Source: the human T2T-CHM13v2.0 reference genome, Homo sapiens. Taken from it: a stretch of DNA of 64,000 nt. Below the pieces are notes generated by a model. The model saw only the letters and a list, made by a program, of their open reading frames with translations. It was not told the origin of the DNA and ran no database searches. Shown one piece after another: positions 41,991 to 56,290 of the stretch (its first letter is position 1; each line of letters starts with the position of its first letter). The DNA is taken from the NCBI RefSeq assembly GCF_009914755.1, contig NC_060926.1, one strand, 5' to 3'. The translations under genes were made by a program, and so were the position numbers.

Positions 41991-43369
41991 TCATTAGGGA
42001 AGAGTTTATAGAAGACATTAACGTAATTTTGGATTTTTTTCTTTTTCATATGTTGTAAATCTTCCTTAACCCCAAATTTAAATTCATTCAAAATGTATAA
42101 AGCTCAAGTAACCAAAACCATTTTCTGAGTACTGTGTGCTGATAATTGAGACTTATCAGGATAGCTGTAACACATGATTTTGAGTTCTTAAAGAAAAAAA
42201 ATAGATGATTAAGCATCACTGTGCATTCTGATTTAAGAATATGTCTTTAGAGTGTAGTTATTTAAAATTAGAAATCAAAAATCTATGAGTGATATGCATA
42301 TGTTACCTTGGCTATTTATGCAAATCAGTACTCCATGTCCTCAATATTGAATACATGGAAAGATACTAATTTATGGAAAGATGCTAATTTATCATTTGTC
42401 AAATACTACAGCATAAACACGGAACTTTTACTGTGAGTACATATTTTAAACATATTAGCTTTTTATTGTCCTATGTTCTAATAGTACATTTATTATTTAT
42501 TGTAGTAGCTGCTCTAAAATTTATAAAACAAATTGCATATATTGGATGTTGGAACATTACATGCTAATTGAATCAAAAGAGGGAACTACCATTCACTAAA
42601 AAGTTCCTCTTTAGAGTTTTCCTCTGGAAACCTCAAACTAATATATATGTCTTGGAGTAGGATGATCTATAAATTAGAACAGGGTTTAGGAATGTAAATA
42701 GAGCAATGTTAGACTTTTGAAACTTATGGTAAAATTTTTTTTAGATTACAATGAAAGAGAATTAAAAAGCTTTTTCCCCTTAAGATAAATAGCTGGTATT
42801 TGTAAAATCAGGTAACTGAATAAACTTTGGATCAGTACATTCTCTAAGTATCTAACTTCTCTTTACTAGACTGTTCTAGCCTCCTGTAACCCACCTGGGA
42901 ATAATATACATTGCTTTAGATAGTCACAGATTGCACGGATGTTCAAAGAAGAGTACTCAATGCATGAAGCACTATAGAAAGCACAAAATTAATTGTAGAA
43001 AACAATTAATTTTCAAGGATTTGCACCAAAACCAGAAATATACAAAAGTCAAGGTGATGTGTTTATCACATCTATCACCCGACTCTATGCTAATGTTTCA
43101 TAAACATGTCCCAGGACCCACTCAGTACACCTGGGACATGAAGGATCTGATGTTAGTGTAACATTTTTTGAAACAACCATTAACACCTTGTCCCATTCAT
43201 TTACTGTATTTATTTTTCTTTGAAGTAGGGGATCATTTCTGATCACTCATTCAACACCTCAACTTTATTTCTGCAACTTTTCTCTTTGACCTTCAAATTT
43301 TACCAGTTGTCAAAATTATTTTTTATATACTGGCTCTGCTTCCCAGACTTACATAAATAGAAAAAAAAA

Positions 43370-43610
43370 CTAGCTCTTGCTACATACCCGATAATACATG
43401 CAATGTGTTTTATATATCTAATTTAGTCTTCACAATAAGCTATGAGATAGGTACAACTATTATCTCTATTTTCCAAATTAAAAAAAAAGGCTCAGAAAAG
43501 TTAAGTAATTTGGATAGAACCACACATTTCAAAAGAAGTGGAGCTGGGATAAAACTAGATTTACTTGAGTCTAAACCCCTGTTCTTTTTCATTATGTCTT
43601 ACTGCCTCAA
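43370..43610 (-). mobile_element. MIR
   Basis: tatgagataggtacaactattatctctattttccaa...ggctcagaaaagttaagtaatttg. Confidence 0.75.
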
Positions 43611-45433
43611 CTAGACTTCAAAGAAACCATCTCCTTTCTGGTACTTTTAGGCAGACATACTAGTAACAGATTCCATTTCTTAGAATCCATTTTATAGCCA
43701 ATGCTGATTAGGAGAGGTTGCCATGCTCCCCAAGCTCAATTTTCTGTCTGGAAGGTGAACTAAACTAATTCACTTCATGAGTCTTACTGAATCCCACAGC
43801 AATATTTGAGATGTCCAGGCTGAATCTAGGACTCTATGATTCTTGTAACCTTGGTGGGTCAAAGTTAAGAAAGTATTCAATAAAACAAAACAAAACAAAA
43901 AAAAAACTATCATTTTAAAGCAGCAAAAAGTTTTTATCTGACAAGAGATAGAGATTTCAGGGAAGATTAGTTGTGAGAAACTCACCCAAATGGTCCTTTA
44001 AATATGAAATAGGATCCAAAGACCTTCTTTGGAAATGGAAACCAGAACTCCTCCAGGTGCTAGATTATAAATACTATCTATGCATGAGACCAAGAGAGCT
44101 TTAGAGAAAATATGTCTTCTCTGTGAGGCCCAAAGGTTTTGAAGAGATGTCATGATATTTACTGAACAGGATTTAAGAATTGTAAATGTTAGAAATTGAT
44201 GGATCTTTTCTTATAAGAGAATCTATGAGACCTCAGACAGAAGTGGAACTTCATCAAAGTTCAGGCTATAAAGTGAGGCACAAAATTAAGACCAAAAAAA
44301 AAAACCAAAAAAAAACCCCCCAAAACCAGTTTTCCCTCCTCTAGTCCAGAATCTTTATGTTGGAAGTCCATTTTCCAATACATGTCCTATAGAAAAGCAA
44401 TTAATTGAAAGTTTTTAAAATGTGAATTATTTGTCTCAGGTTTTCTTGGTATAAATTCTATAATCTACAAATGATGATTAATATACTTCCTTCTTACACT
44501 TAGTTTATATATTTTTCCTTGTGTTATCAGGTTTGCTGTAATGGCAAGTCATTTAAAATTACATGAAACAATGAAAACAGTGAATTTGAGCACCTTCTAG
44601 AAGAAAGGACTTGAGAAAGAGAGGCCACAAGGAAAGTGAACAGCTAAAATGTGATTATGTACTATGATGGTGATGGCTAGGACTACGGTAACAGCTACAG
44701 CAATCACAAAGAAAGAATATTTCTGAGAGGTTAAAGAATTGTTTGGCCTCAGTGATATGAGAAAATAATGTTAAATTTGTCAAAAAACAAATCTGCATTA
44801 TGACATCAGAATAACCAGAAAATTTATCATATTTTAAAAGTAAATAATATATTCACTTAATTAAGGTAAAAGAAATTGACTAAAATTATTAGTTTACAAA
44901 GAGTATCTAAAGATTAATGAGAACAATAAAGATAAATTAACAGATATTAATATTTAAATGTTCTTCTGAATCTCCATGTACTGATATTTAACTTAATATT
45001 ATCAAAATAATTCTTAATATTTCATATGTTCACATTATTTTTCCAGTTTCAAAGTGACTTTACATATATTGCCACACTTGATTCTCACAATGACCCTGTG
45101 AAATAAATAATAGCAGAGATATTCAGCATTCCTAGCTTTATAGACTGTACACCACCATCACTTACATTATTGATGTTCATATTTTCATCAATCATTTTAT
45201 CGCTCAGTTCTGTGGTTTCTGCATGAACTTAAATATATTTTCAATACCAGCACATCAGATTTATTTTACTGAATGTGATCTACTATCTACAATACACAGA
45301 TATTAAATGTCAATTTATTAAGTTACTTTTTTTAATCTATGAAGATTTTTTTGACATTGATGTTCTATATGATGGTTACAGTCTATTCCTAAAAACTGAT
45401 ATGGATGTTTGTGATATGATATGATATGATATG

Positions 45434-45975
45434 AAACTGCCAAACTGTTTTCCAGAGTGACTATAAAATTTTACATTTTCACAAGCAATGTATTAGTAAT
45501 CCAGCTTTTCTGCATCCTTGCCAGCTTTTGATGTTGTCACTATTTTTTATTTTAGCCATTCTGACAGGTGTGTAGTCAGTTCTTATTGCAATTTTAATTG
45601 ACATTTCCCTAGCGATTAATTTTGTGAAACATCTTTTTCATGTGCTTACTTGCCATCTGTGTATCCTCTTAGGTGAAATATCTGTTCATGACTTGTGCCC
45701 ATCTTCTAATTGGATTGTTTGATATTTAATATTCAATTTTGAAAGTTTCTTATATATTTTATGCACTAGTTACTTGTATAATATGTGATTCCAAATATTT
45801 TCTCCCAGTCTCTAGCTTCTCATTTCTTCATCTTTACATGGGATTTGGCAAAGCAAAAGTTTTCTAATTTTGATGAGGTCCAATTTATCAATTTTTTCTT
45901 TTGTACTCTTGGGCATTTATCTGAGAGAAATGAAAATATATGCTTACAAAAAACCTGTACACACATTTTCATAGA
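45434..45975. mobile_element. L1MC-like ORF2 fragment: antisense 45434-45900 joined to a short sense piece 45901-45975
   Basis: aaactgccaaactgttttccagagtg (antisense), then gtactcttgggcatttatctgagagaaatgaaa (sense). Preceded by (ATATG)n at 45414-45433. Confidence 0.8.
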
Positions 45976-46259
45976 TTGATTTGTATTTATTTATTGATCT
46001 TAATGCAAGTCATAAATTAAAATAGATTTTTTGTTCCAGAGCCTAAGTCCAAGAACAATCTCACTCATTTCTCATATTGCTTTTCATCATTTCTATAACA
46101 GTTGTCTATCACATGAAATTCAGTAATTTCCCAATATATTTAACAAAAGATTTTGTATAAGTAATGCATGGTTTCTGGTCATATGGACAATTATTTTTGT
46201 TTATAGCATTTCTTTCTAATATAACAACTATATCAATTCAATAATAGCAAGCATCTACT

Positions 46260-47275
46260 ATATTACCAATGATCAAAAAAAGTTCAATATATGATTTCCT
46301 TTAGCTGTTTAGTTCATTTCAGAGTAAAGATATAAGTGAATCAGTGCAATATAGTGTGATAAACGTTTTGGTAGAAATGAATCTGGCAAGGTGATGAGAG
46401 AAAGCATTACAAACCAACAGTTACTTGCATCTGGTTCAGTTGGTACACAAGTTTGGGTGGAAAAGAGTATTTCAGTCCCAGAAAAAAGTATACAAAAATG
46501 TAGAGGCACCAAGTAATATGAAACATTTGGGAAAATGCAAGTCATTGGCTCTGCCTATAGCATACAGGGTGAGTTGGGGAGCTGTGGGAGATGAGGTCTG
46601 TTAAAAAGTTATGCCAGGTATAATGTTAGCTTATTTGAGATCTTTCTTCTTTTAAAAATGATAAATATTTGAGGTGACGAACATGTTTATTAGCCTGCTT
46701 TGATCATTCCACAATGTACGTATGTATCAAAACATCACTTTTTACCCCACAAATATATGCAATTATTATTTGTTAATAAAAAATAAAACTTTTTAAAAAG
46801 GTATAAAGATCAAATTTTATTCTGTAGTAAAAGAGAAATCATGAAAATATGTTTTGAGTGTGGCAAAGCTAATATCAGATTTAAATTAAAAAAACTACCA
46901 TTAACATGGAGATGGAATTAGAGAAAAGTGAGATTAGAAGCAGAGACAATAGCTAAAAGACTATGGTCAAGACCATGTGAGAAATATGGGATGTATGGAC
47001 GTGACAGTTGTGAGGATGTGTTGAGAAAATATTTAAAAGCTATTTAGAAAATAGAAATGACAAGATTGGTGACATATTTTACATGTGTAGTGAGGAAGAG
47101 AAAGGGATCGAGAAAGACTCACTGGTTTTCTGACTTGAGTTTCCAGTGAATCTATGGTTCTTCACTTGGATAGAGAATGCAGGGAAAGAGACAGTCTTGC
47201 CTAAGGAGGAGAGTGTGGACGGTGGATTTGTTTGAGACTTGTGGAGTTTGAAATACCTCTTGGACATGTAGGTGC
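46260..47275 (-). mobile_element. L2 remnant with an L1MA 3'-end insertion at about 46655-46790
   Basis: L2 motifs agattagaagcagagac and gagtttgaaatacctcttggacat; L1MA motif gatcattccacaatgtacgtatgtatcaaaacatcac. Confidence 0.7.
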
Positions 47276-47280
47276 TCTAG

Positions 47281-47445
47281 CCAACACCTCTTAAATTTGA
47301 ATGTGCATATGAATTATTTGGGGATCTTGCTAAAAGGCAGGTCTTGTTTTAGAAGCTCTGTAGTGGGTCTCAAGGTTTTTCATTTTTAATAAACTCCCAG
47401 GTGATGTCAATGTCATTGATTCTGCAGAGCATACTTTTTAGGCGA
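47281..47445. mobile_element. MER5-type hAT-Charlie element
   Basis: ggggatcttgctaaaaggcagg...catttttaataaactcccaggtgatgtcaatg. Confidence 0.75.
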
Positions 47446-50145
47446 CATCTTTAACCCTAAGTGCCAAAAGGATACCTGCTGATGATAAGGTGAGGTTTGC
47501 AGAAGGAAAAAAGAAAAGAAAGAAAAAGAAAACAAGAGGGCAAATTGGGGCAGGTAGAGCAGAGAGAATGAAGAGGCTGTGTGAAAGTTGAGAAGAAAGA
47601 TAAAGTAAGGAGAAAAGAGGTGCTGATAAGTATTAGTGTGTCAGCAGAAATCACCTTTGTTGCATTTTAGTAACACCTATACCAAAGGATGCCTAGTCCT
47701 CCTCTATCTAGAAAATATTATCAAGTTATTTAAAAAACTTGTTAAAGCCTGCCAGAGCGTAGGTATCAAAGAGTCAACGTGAACAGGAGAGATGTGAAGC
47801 CTATTTTTCAGAACTCAAAGCTTTAATTTTATTTACCCAATGAAATGAATGCTATAGAAGGATATACTTGGTACATTTACAACAAGATCGTCAATGCCTA
47901 ATAAAGAGTAATATTAAAATCAAAATAAATCTTTTAATTGCCAGGATGAAAATAAGGGAAATTGAAGACACCTAAAGCTATTTCTCGTACTAGAGAATTT
48001 TAGTTTATAGCTTAGTTTGTTTTGTTTTGTTTTGTTCTCAACACCAGGCTACATTCTCACTGGCTTAGTAGTTTTTAGTGTGGTCCTGCCAGAAAGGTGG
48101 TAACCTTCATGACCTCTCCAGGTCTTTCCAACCCTTGAATTATTTGGCTGTTTGCTCCTCTGTTTCTCCTTTTATCTGTCCAGGCTTAACTGGTCTTTTT
48201 CTATTGCATTCAACTAAAGAAATACTAAGCATACTACATTTTTGTAAGCTAATAACTGTTATTCATTTTCATTTAATTTTTTTATCAAATTGTTTCAAAG
48301 TGTTTTTAAGTATATCTTTTAAGGAGAAAATAACCAAATGCCCACAAATATGTCTCATTTTAAGAAGCATGCACTGATCTATATAGTTCCTGTCTAATCA
48401 TCTAACCATAATCATAGACAAGGAAATTACTAGGTTAATAGGAGAAAATGATAATCTATCAGGAGGGAATCAATAGTATGTTATTTTTGGCATTGTCTTA
48501 TTCAGGTAATTTTGTTCTTTCTAACATGTTTTCTGGTACTAAATTATGCCACAAGTTTAATTTTTACTAGGAAAAATATATATAAGGTAACTAACCTATA
48601 AAAGAAGTCCATACTAAAATGTAATTATGATTACTGAGACATTCTAGCAAAGCCATAAATAACTATTCCAGTTTTTTATTCAGATGTCTCAAAGTGTTTT
48701 ACTATTTCACAATAATTAACTCATTAATCCTTATATTCTCTGTGAGGTACAGATAAATAATCTGATTAATTTTATTTTGCTGATGTTATTTTCTTTTAAA
48801 AAACAAAAATGATTATCATAAAATGACTTGCTACACCCTTGTGTTTGAGGGAGGGGAACTAACAAATCTTGACTCTTTAGTCATCACTAAGACCATTTTA
48901 CTATCAAGACTCAGTGAATAAATTTCTGAGAAGTGAAATTGACTGACAGGTTTTTGTTGTTCTTATTGTTTAAGCAGACCATGCTGTCAGCAATATTTCT
49001 TTCATAACTCGTTTATTGGGCTTTCTTTCTAGGTTGCCCCATTACCAAGTTTTTCTCCTTGGGCATTCTTCCCAGTTGAACATTTTCCCTTAGTATGATC
49101 ACAAATTGAATGCTTTCTTCAGGGATGCGTATCTTATTGTGTAATATCAAATTTTATTCCATATTGTCTAATTTTACTTTAAAGTTAAATTGTTTGTTCT
49201 GCCCAGGGGTCACTAAATTGAATATTACCATTTTTATTCCCTTTCTGCCATGTGTGTGTGTGTCTGGGTGTGTGAAAATCATTCTGGTTAGATTTAAGAA
49301 GGAATGATCTACCCCAAACCACTTGTCTATACGATGTATCTCTGGAGCATAACCTACTAGAATGCAAATTTGATTTTTTTAAGTTGTAATAATCTAATTA
49401 CTTCTTCATATGCAAAATTCACTCTCTTCTTAGATTTTTTAAATGTGGTGACTAGATAAGAATATCAATGAATTTAACTTTTAGCCAAATAAGTCTTTTT
49501 TTTCTGTTGTCAGAGCAAGCCATTCTAAAGCTTTAGCTATTAAGTGTAATGATTAATTACACCTAATAATTTAATTGTGAAGATAAAGAAACTTAGAAAG
49601 TAAGGAAAATATGGAAGAGAAACTTTGCGTGTGTATATATAGGGATTGAATTCAATTAAGAAAGGAAAAATAATCAGAAGATATGATGAAAAAAGCAATA
49701 ATGATGTGGCATTTCTAATTACCATGGAGTGGAATACTGGAAAGCCCATGTGAAATATCTTTTTCCCCCTCTCCACGTCACAGGGAATGTAGAAAATTAT
49801 CAGAAGGGAGCATCTAGTTACTTCCTTTTGGGGGGTGGGATGAGATGGGGGGAGTATGTAGTAGGTTCCTGTTATTCTGTATTATATTTTTTTAAAGTAA
49901 GTTTAAAAGTGCTGTTTATATTGGGCTTACTCTGTTGTTATATCAATTACTCTAGCTATTAGAAGTCATGTCTTAATGAACTATAGTTATGGATAGTTAG
50001 AGAGAACTTACTCCCACTAATCATGTTTCTATAGTTCTTTCTAATAAGTTTTCAACTATACACATACCTGTGTGTGAGTGTATACAAATATAGTTGTTCA
50101 TCAATGCCAAACAGCAAGTCATTTCTTGCCTATACTATTACATGT

Positions 50146-50549
50146 TGTGATGTTTAATTTTATGTGTCAGTTTGGCTAGGCTGTGATAACCAGTTGTCTG
50201 GTCAAACATCAGTCTAGATGTTACTGTGAAGGTATTTTTTAGATGTGATTAACATTTAAATAAGTGGGCTTTGAGTAAAACAGTTGTTCTCCATAACATG
50301 GGCAGACTTCATCCAAACAGCTGAAGACCTTTAGAGCAAAAGAGTTTCCAGCTTGCTATCCTGGGGAATTCAGAATTCAAGGCTGCAACATCAACCCATA
50401 CCTTAGTCTCCAGCCTGTCAGTCTGCCCTATGGATTTCAGACTTGCCAGTCCCTACAACTGTGTGAGTCAATTTTTAAAAATCAGTCTCTTTCTCTCTCC
50501 TCTCTCTTCATTTTCTTCCCTGTTTCTATGGAGAATCCTCACTAATACA
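50146..50549 (+). mobile_element. MLT2D-type ERVL solo LTR
   Basis: tgtgatgtttaattttatgtgtcagtttggctagg...ggagaatcctcactaataca; TSD CATGT/CATGA. Confidence 0.88.
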
Positions 50550-50759
50550 CATGATCAAAAGGTGATTTTAGTGTCATAATGCAAATGATATTCACTTTTG
50601 GATTGTTTCACTCTAGATGAGAAGAGGAATAATAGTCTATGTTCATTGCTCTGTGTCAGATAACATGAATAGAATCATTTCAAAATAATTTGTACACAGA
50701 TCGTGTTCTTACTGGCATCCTCTAAGACTAAATCCTTATCTAATGCCTAAATTACCTAC

Positions 50760-51815
50760 CTATCTTATTCTCCCTTCTACTACCTATATCAACAGGTTAT
50801 CCTAATAGTGACATAAATCCAAAAGTTCTATAGTAGCTAAATAAAATAAGTTCCGACCTGCCCATTGCCTAGTACTAAAAGCTCTTCAGAATTTGAGCTG
50901 CACAATTTGTTATCTTCTAAATTCCCAGCATCAAATTTATAATCTAGTAAGGCCAAATTATTCATTGTCTCCAAAGATGCGAAGCTCATTTGTGTATCTC
51001 TTTTTTTCTGCTTTTTTTTTTCTTACTTTCTCACTATAACGATCTTACACTGCTCCTCCATCTACCTAAATCCTACCTGATATTGAAAACCTAGCCTATG
51101 GTTCATATCTGCCTGAGAATTCCCAGACTATTCTAGTTCACAATGAAGACCCCCTTATTTGAATGTCATAGCATGTCATTGACTGTCATAATCTCATGAA
51201 ATCACAGATTTTTTAAGGATATCAGAAGTCATCAATTCCAGCCATTATCAAAACCATGAAATATCTTTACAACATTCTCAGCAGTGGTCTTTCACTCCCT
51301 CCTCTACACCTTCAGTGATGAAAAATTCACTACCTCCTGCCCATTCTATTTTTATGAACAGCTCTAAATACTAGAAAAGTATTCCCATAAACCATATTTC
51401 TGCATTGAAAGAAACATCCAGGGAATGAAATGTTTTCAATGAGACAGAATTTACAATATAGTATGTCAACCTATAAACCACGATAGTATATAAAAATTAT
51501 TATCTGAGAGTAAATAGTAAATTTTGTCCAAAAATATCAATTGAACACTTTATATAGTGAGGTATTTGTCTCCTTTTTGCTATTTTAATATTACATAATG
51601 ACTTCTAACTATACTGCAGTCTGGCCACAATAATATGCTCATCTGGACAGATTTTTTTTAATTAATCACATGCTACTTTACATCTCCCCTTGTCTTCATT
51701 GTCTACCAAACTAGATTAAATCTCCTTCAGGTCAGACACTTAGAGCCCTTGTTTTTCCATTTGCACCTAGGTCAGTGTAAGGAACATCAGTTGTTCTCTT
51801 ATAATTACTGAATTA
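50760..51815. mobile_element. Cluster of ancient L2 (sense) and CR1/L3-like fragments
   Basis: Pyrimidine-rich L2-like motifs (ctagattaaatctccttcaggtcagacac); cttcagtgatgaaaaattcactacctcc is CR1/L3-like. Confidence 0.45.
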
Positions 51816-53426
51816 AATTTAAAAACTGACTTAAGTAAGCAAAATGTACACAGCAGAAACCATCTTAAAGTCCTTTGTAGAATCCAATTTTAAGATCAAG
51901 CATAGATAAAATATCCCTTGCCATTTGTTTTGCTGCATTCCCCTTTAAAAATATATACCTATCAATAAATGGTGCAGTTCTTTATTCAAGAAAAAAATTT
52001 GATGGGCTTTTCTTCTTGACTGAAAATGTTTTGGGAATGAAATTGACAGATGCAGAAAACAGTAAAAATATTGTATCAAAATCTTGAAGTAAAATTATGA
52101 AACAAGCCTACTTAGCTATCTATTTTCAAATGAAGAGGCAGCTAGAACTGAATCCTTGGTTCCAATCTGTAACCTTAAATATAAGTGGTTCCTATGTAGT
52201 AACCTCTTGATTCCATCCTCTGCTTTACTGCATTGTCTTATAAATAAACCTGAATCTAGTGCTTCTGGATTTGGAGAACATTGTATAGCATGCACATTTA
52301 AGGTTGTTTTTGCTTGTTGATTGTTTTTATCCTCTCTTGTGTATCAGAAGGGAATTGAGAGTCATTCTTTGTACATCTTCTTTTCCCTCTGATAATCTTG
52401 CAGGCTGGATTGGTTAAAAAGAGAAAGATATAGAATATATAGAAAATTGTTTTAAAATTGTCTAGTTGAAAAATATTCTAAAAGAATAAAATTAGTTTAA
52501 CTGTATCAGACAAGGAAGAGAATAATTAAATGAATAATAGCCAGGATGATTGACAAGATGACATACTAGGTTATTGTTCCCATCTCTAATTTTAGTTTGT
52601 CCACGGGATTTTTCGTACTGCAATTAAAACAAATCTCCTATGAGTTAAGCATTTTTTCTTTTATGTACAGCTGATATGTAAATATTTCTCAAAATGTCCA
52701 CCAACAATATTTCTGCCAATATAGCCAATCAAGTTTCATTCTTTATTAGTCTCCAAGGAAACCGCTACAGTTTCAGCAATAGACAGCACAGAATGGAAAG
52801 AAAACAGAATGTTTTAAAAAATACACTTCTGTCATTATTTAATCAAGAAAGCTGGATATGTGCAATTTTATTGTATGAGGACCACCTTAAAACTCACTAG
52901 GCTTCCTATAGGTGAGAACACTACTTAACTTTATAAGTTTTTATTTTCATAGAAAAGGGATGTTGCAGAAAAGTCTTAGCCTGGTTGCTCAGATATGAAA
53001 AATGACAAGTATATTTTGGCAGTTTTGCTTATGCCTGCCTCTTCTCAGCCACATTCTTTTTTCAATTCCACTATTCAGCAGCATAACCACTGTTTTTTTT
53101 TTTTCTAGAGAAATCATTACTTTGGAATTGTATCTCCTATACAGACACTTTAGATCTGCTAGTACATCCAAAGTCTTACGTTTTTATTCTCCTATTTGAC
53201 TCTAACTCCATAATCCCATCTCTCAGTAGTTTCCCTAAATTCCCAGTGGGGAGAAAAGCATTTGCCCAGCATTTCCAATGACAAAAATGATTATCTTCCC
53301 ACTAAAATCTCAAGTACACACACAAGAAGATGAGAAAGTAGATCCTCCTAGATGTCCTGTCAGGAAGCACAAGCAGGCCTTGTGTACTCTTGCTACCATC
53401 CAGTATTCAGTTGTTCCTATGTTACA

Positions 53427-53469
53427 TGTGTGTGTATATGTGTGTGTGTGTGTGTTTGTGTGAGTGTGT
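53427..53469. repeat. Imperfect (TG)n microsatellite
   Basis: Direct reading. Confidence 0.9.
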
Positions 53470-53804
53470 ACATGTGCTGTGAAGCATAGAATGTGACATA
53501 AGCAGATAGAAGATAAGTGCAAAGAGACTTCATATGAGATAATCATACCATCTTTCCATATTCTCACTGGCATGTAATTGTGGTAGCTGCAGTGGCAATC
53601 CCTTTTGACTTTTGCTGCCCTATACCAGGTGAGAACTAACAACAGAGCAGCCATAAAGCAGCACCACTTTCCTTTCCACAAGTGCAGCAAGGAAGATGCA
53701 GCGCCCCTCATTCCCACCTTATGACAGCAGTACCTGAAGAGTAAAGTTTTTTTTACTCTCTGGGCCCTCCTCCAGGTGAGAGCCAAGAACAAAAACAACC
53801 TCCT

Positions 53805-53805
<1 letters not shown>

Positions 53806-53835
<30 letters not shown>
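53806..53835. repeat. (CAG)10 trinucleotide repeat, uninterrupted
   Basis: Ten CAG units counted directly. Confidence 0.98.
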
Positions 53836-53837
<2 letters not shown>

Positions 53838-54349
53838 CGGGCAACTCAGGAGGCTCTCAAATGCTTTGTCTTGCAGCTTTGCCACTAAGCCAGCCAAGAA
53901 ATGGAAAATGGGCAATAGCATAGAAATCTAAAACCCCAGCTTTCTTTCCGGAACACCAGAAGGGGAAATCCTTAGAAAGAGAGACTGGGGACAGGATCAC
54001 TGAAAGGATGCAGCTGGAGAAAGGAACTTTTTGGATCTGTTATTAAATTCTGAGATTACCCCCAAGCTGAACTGAACATGAATGAAAGCAAAAGGCATCA
54101 ATGCAGCAATGACTTAAAAACTGAATTACAGAGTAAAACACTGCACAGGTTCCAGACTCACCCCTGGGTGATGGATGTATAATCAGGGAAGACCAGAAAC
54201 AAGTTTTGGAAAGTAATCTGACATTGGAACCAGAGGCCATAGAAGAAAAGTTATGGACTTGAAATCTATAACTCACTGAATTGACTGCTTACTTAAAAAA
54301 AAAAAAAAGAAAAAGACAGAGAGAGAGAATGAAAAAGTAATGTTTTCCT

Positions 54350-55420
54350 GATGTTAACAAGACCAAGAGTCTTATAATAAGATAGAATTCCCTGTTTAAA
54401 ATTTTCAAAATTTTAGGATAAAATCCAAAATTACCCAATGTACATAAAACCAGGAAAACCTAAACAATTTTTAAGAAAAAACACAATCAGCAAATGTCAA
54501 CCCTCAGACAACTCATATGTTGAAATTCTCAGACACAGAATTTAGAGCACCCTTTGTAACAATGATGTAAGAAGCAAGTGAAAATACTCTTGAAGCAAAT
54601 AGAAAAAATAAAAGTTCTCAGCAAGGAAATAGAAGCTGTTTAACAAAACCAAACAGAAATTTTAGAAGTAGAAAATATGATTTAAAAAATTACAAATTCA
54701 CTGAGGAGTTCAATAGTAGAATTGAAAGAATTAGTGCACTCAAAGATAGAGCAATAAAAATTATCCATTTTGAAACATATAAAGAAAAAGTTTTAAAAAG
54801 TTTAAAAAAGAGTTTATAAATGTGACCAGAGCCTTAGGGACCAGACTATATCAAAGTCTTGCATTCATATCAGAAATGTCTCAGATGGAGAGGAGAAATT
54901 TATTTGTATAGAAAATATACATAAAGAAATCATGACTAAAACTTTTCCAAATTTGGTGAAAGGCAAATTTACAAATCATATAAGCTTAGGAAACTAAACC
55001 CCAAACAGGATAAGTTAAAAAAAATCAAAAACTAACAAACAAAACTTAATTCAGCCAGAAGGGGAAAGAAAAACACACAGTACCAAAAAATGAAAATATG
55101 AATAGCTGCAGATGTCTTACTGGAAACCATGGAGGCCATAAGACAATGAAATAGCATTCAGAAAGTGATGAAATGAAAAAAAAAACTGTCAATTCAGAGT
55201 CCTATATCCAATTAAAATATCCTTCACAAAGTAAAACAAAATAAGATCATTTTAGGATGAAGGAAAACTGAAAGAATTTGTCACCAGTAGAGCTGCTTTA
55301 AAAGAAATGCTAAAAGAGGTTCTTCAAATGGAAAGGAAATAATTAGAGAGAAACCTAAAACACCAGGATTGTAGCAAGAGAGACAGAAAGGGCAAATATC
55401 TGGTTGAATAAAATGTACGG
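54350..55420 (+). mobile_element. Old L1M ORF1 remnant; probable 5' UTR extends left to about 53560
   Basis: gaaaccatggaggccataagacaatg and agaatttgtcaccagtagagctgctttaaaagaaatgctaaaagaggttcttcaa are L1 ORF1 3' motifs. Confidence 0.8.
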
Positions 55421-55439
55421 GATAGTCAGAGTATATTTC

Positions 55440-56290
55440 TTTAAGCCAGTGACATTTGGGCAAAACCTTGAATGAAGCAAAGATGTGAACTATATAGATA
55501 TCTGGATGAAGCACTCTCCAAGCAGATAGAATAATCAGAGCAATGCGACTAGTCGGAATGCTTTTCTAGTAATACAAAGAGGCCAGTGGGAAAAGTGGAA
55601 AAGTGGTCAGAAATACATTAGAAGTAAGCACAAGTTTTTCTCATTAATTTAGATTATTTGTTCAATAGACAGAAACTTTTGAGTCCACATAAGAACTTTG
55701 GATTTTATTCTAAGTAGAAGCAGCATTTGAAAGGTATTATGCAGAAAGGGATATGATTTAATTTACATTTCAAGTACACCTGTCTGGTTGCTATATGATG
55801 AACAGACTGCAGAGGGGCAAGACTGAAAGCAGGGACACCCTCCAGGAGTATTATAGAAGTTGAGGCAAGGGTGATGGAGGAGTGGATTAGGTGTGTAGCA
55901 TCAATGTGGTTGGTTTGGGATACATTTTGAAATTTGAACTGACAGGATTTACTTAAAGATTAGATTAAATTATGAGTGTAAAAAACATCTAAGAATTGGC
56001 TCTACATGTTTAGCCTACATAATTAAGCCAAAGAAAGTTTAGAGGGAGAAGATTTTGGGGGAAGTATCAAGAATTTAGATTTAGAGATACAAGTTTGGGA
56101 TGCTCCTTGGACATCCAGGTGGAGATGTCATGTAGGCTGTTGGATATATGAGTTTGAAGTTTAGGAAATAGATCAGATAAAGGACATACATTTGGAAATT
56201 ATTATTATATAGCAAGAATTTAGAGCAAAGGGTAAGATCTCTTAACAAGTGATTATAAATTGAGAATACTGAGGCCTTGCACTCTCTAAT
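55440..56290 (-). mobile_element. L2a remnant
   Basis: ttggattttattctaagt, ggatacattttgaa and ggacatccaggtggagatgtcatgtaggctgttggatatatgagt. Confidence 0.8.

Noticed and set aside
42356-42392. 18-bp tandem duplication; similar 12-13 bp ones near 12480 and 20150
   Set aside because: Ordinary slippage duplications.
53310-53921. 203-aa ORF with poly-Cys and HT repeats
   Set aside because: Held open by the CTG and CA microsatellites and antisense L1 UTR-like sequence; no domain recognised.
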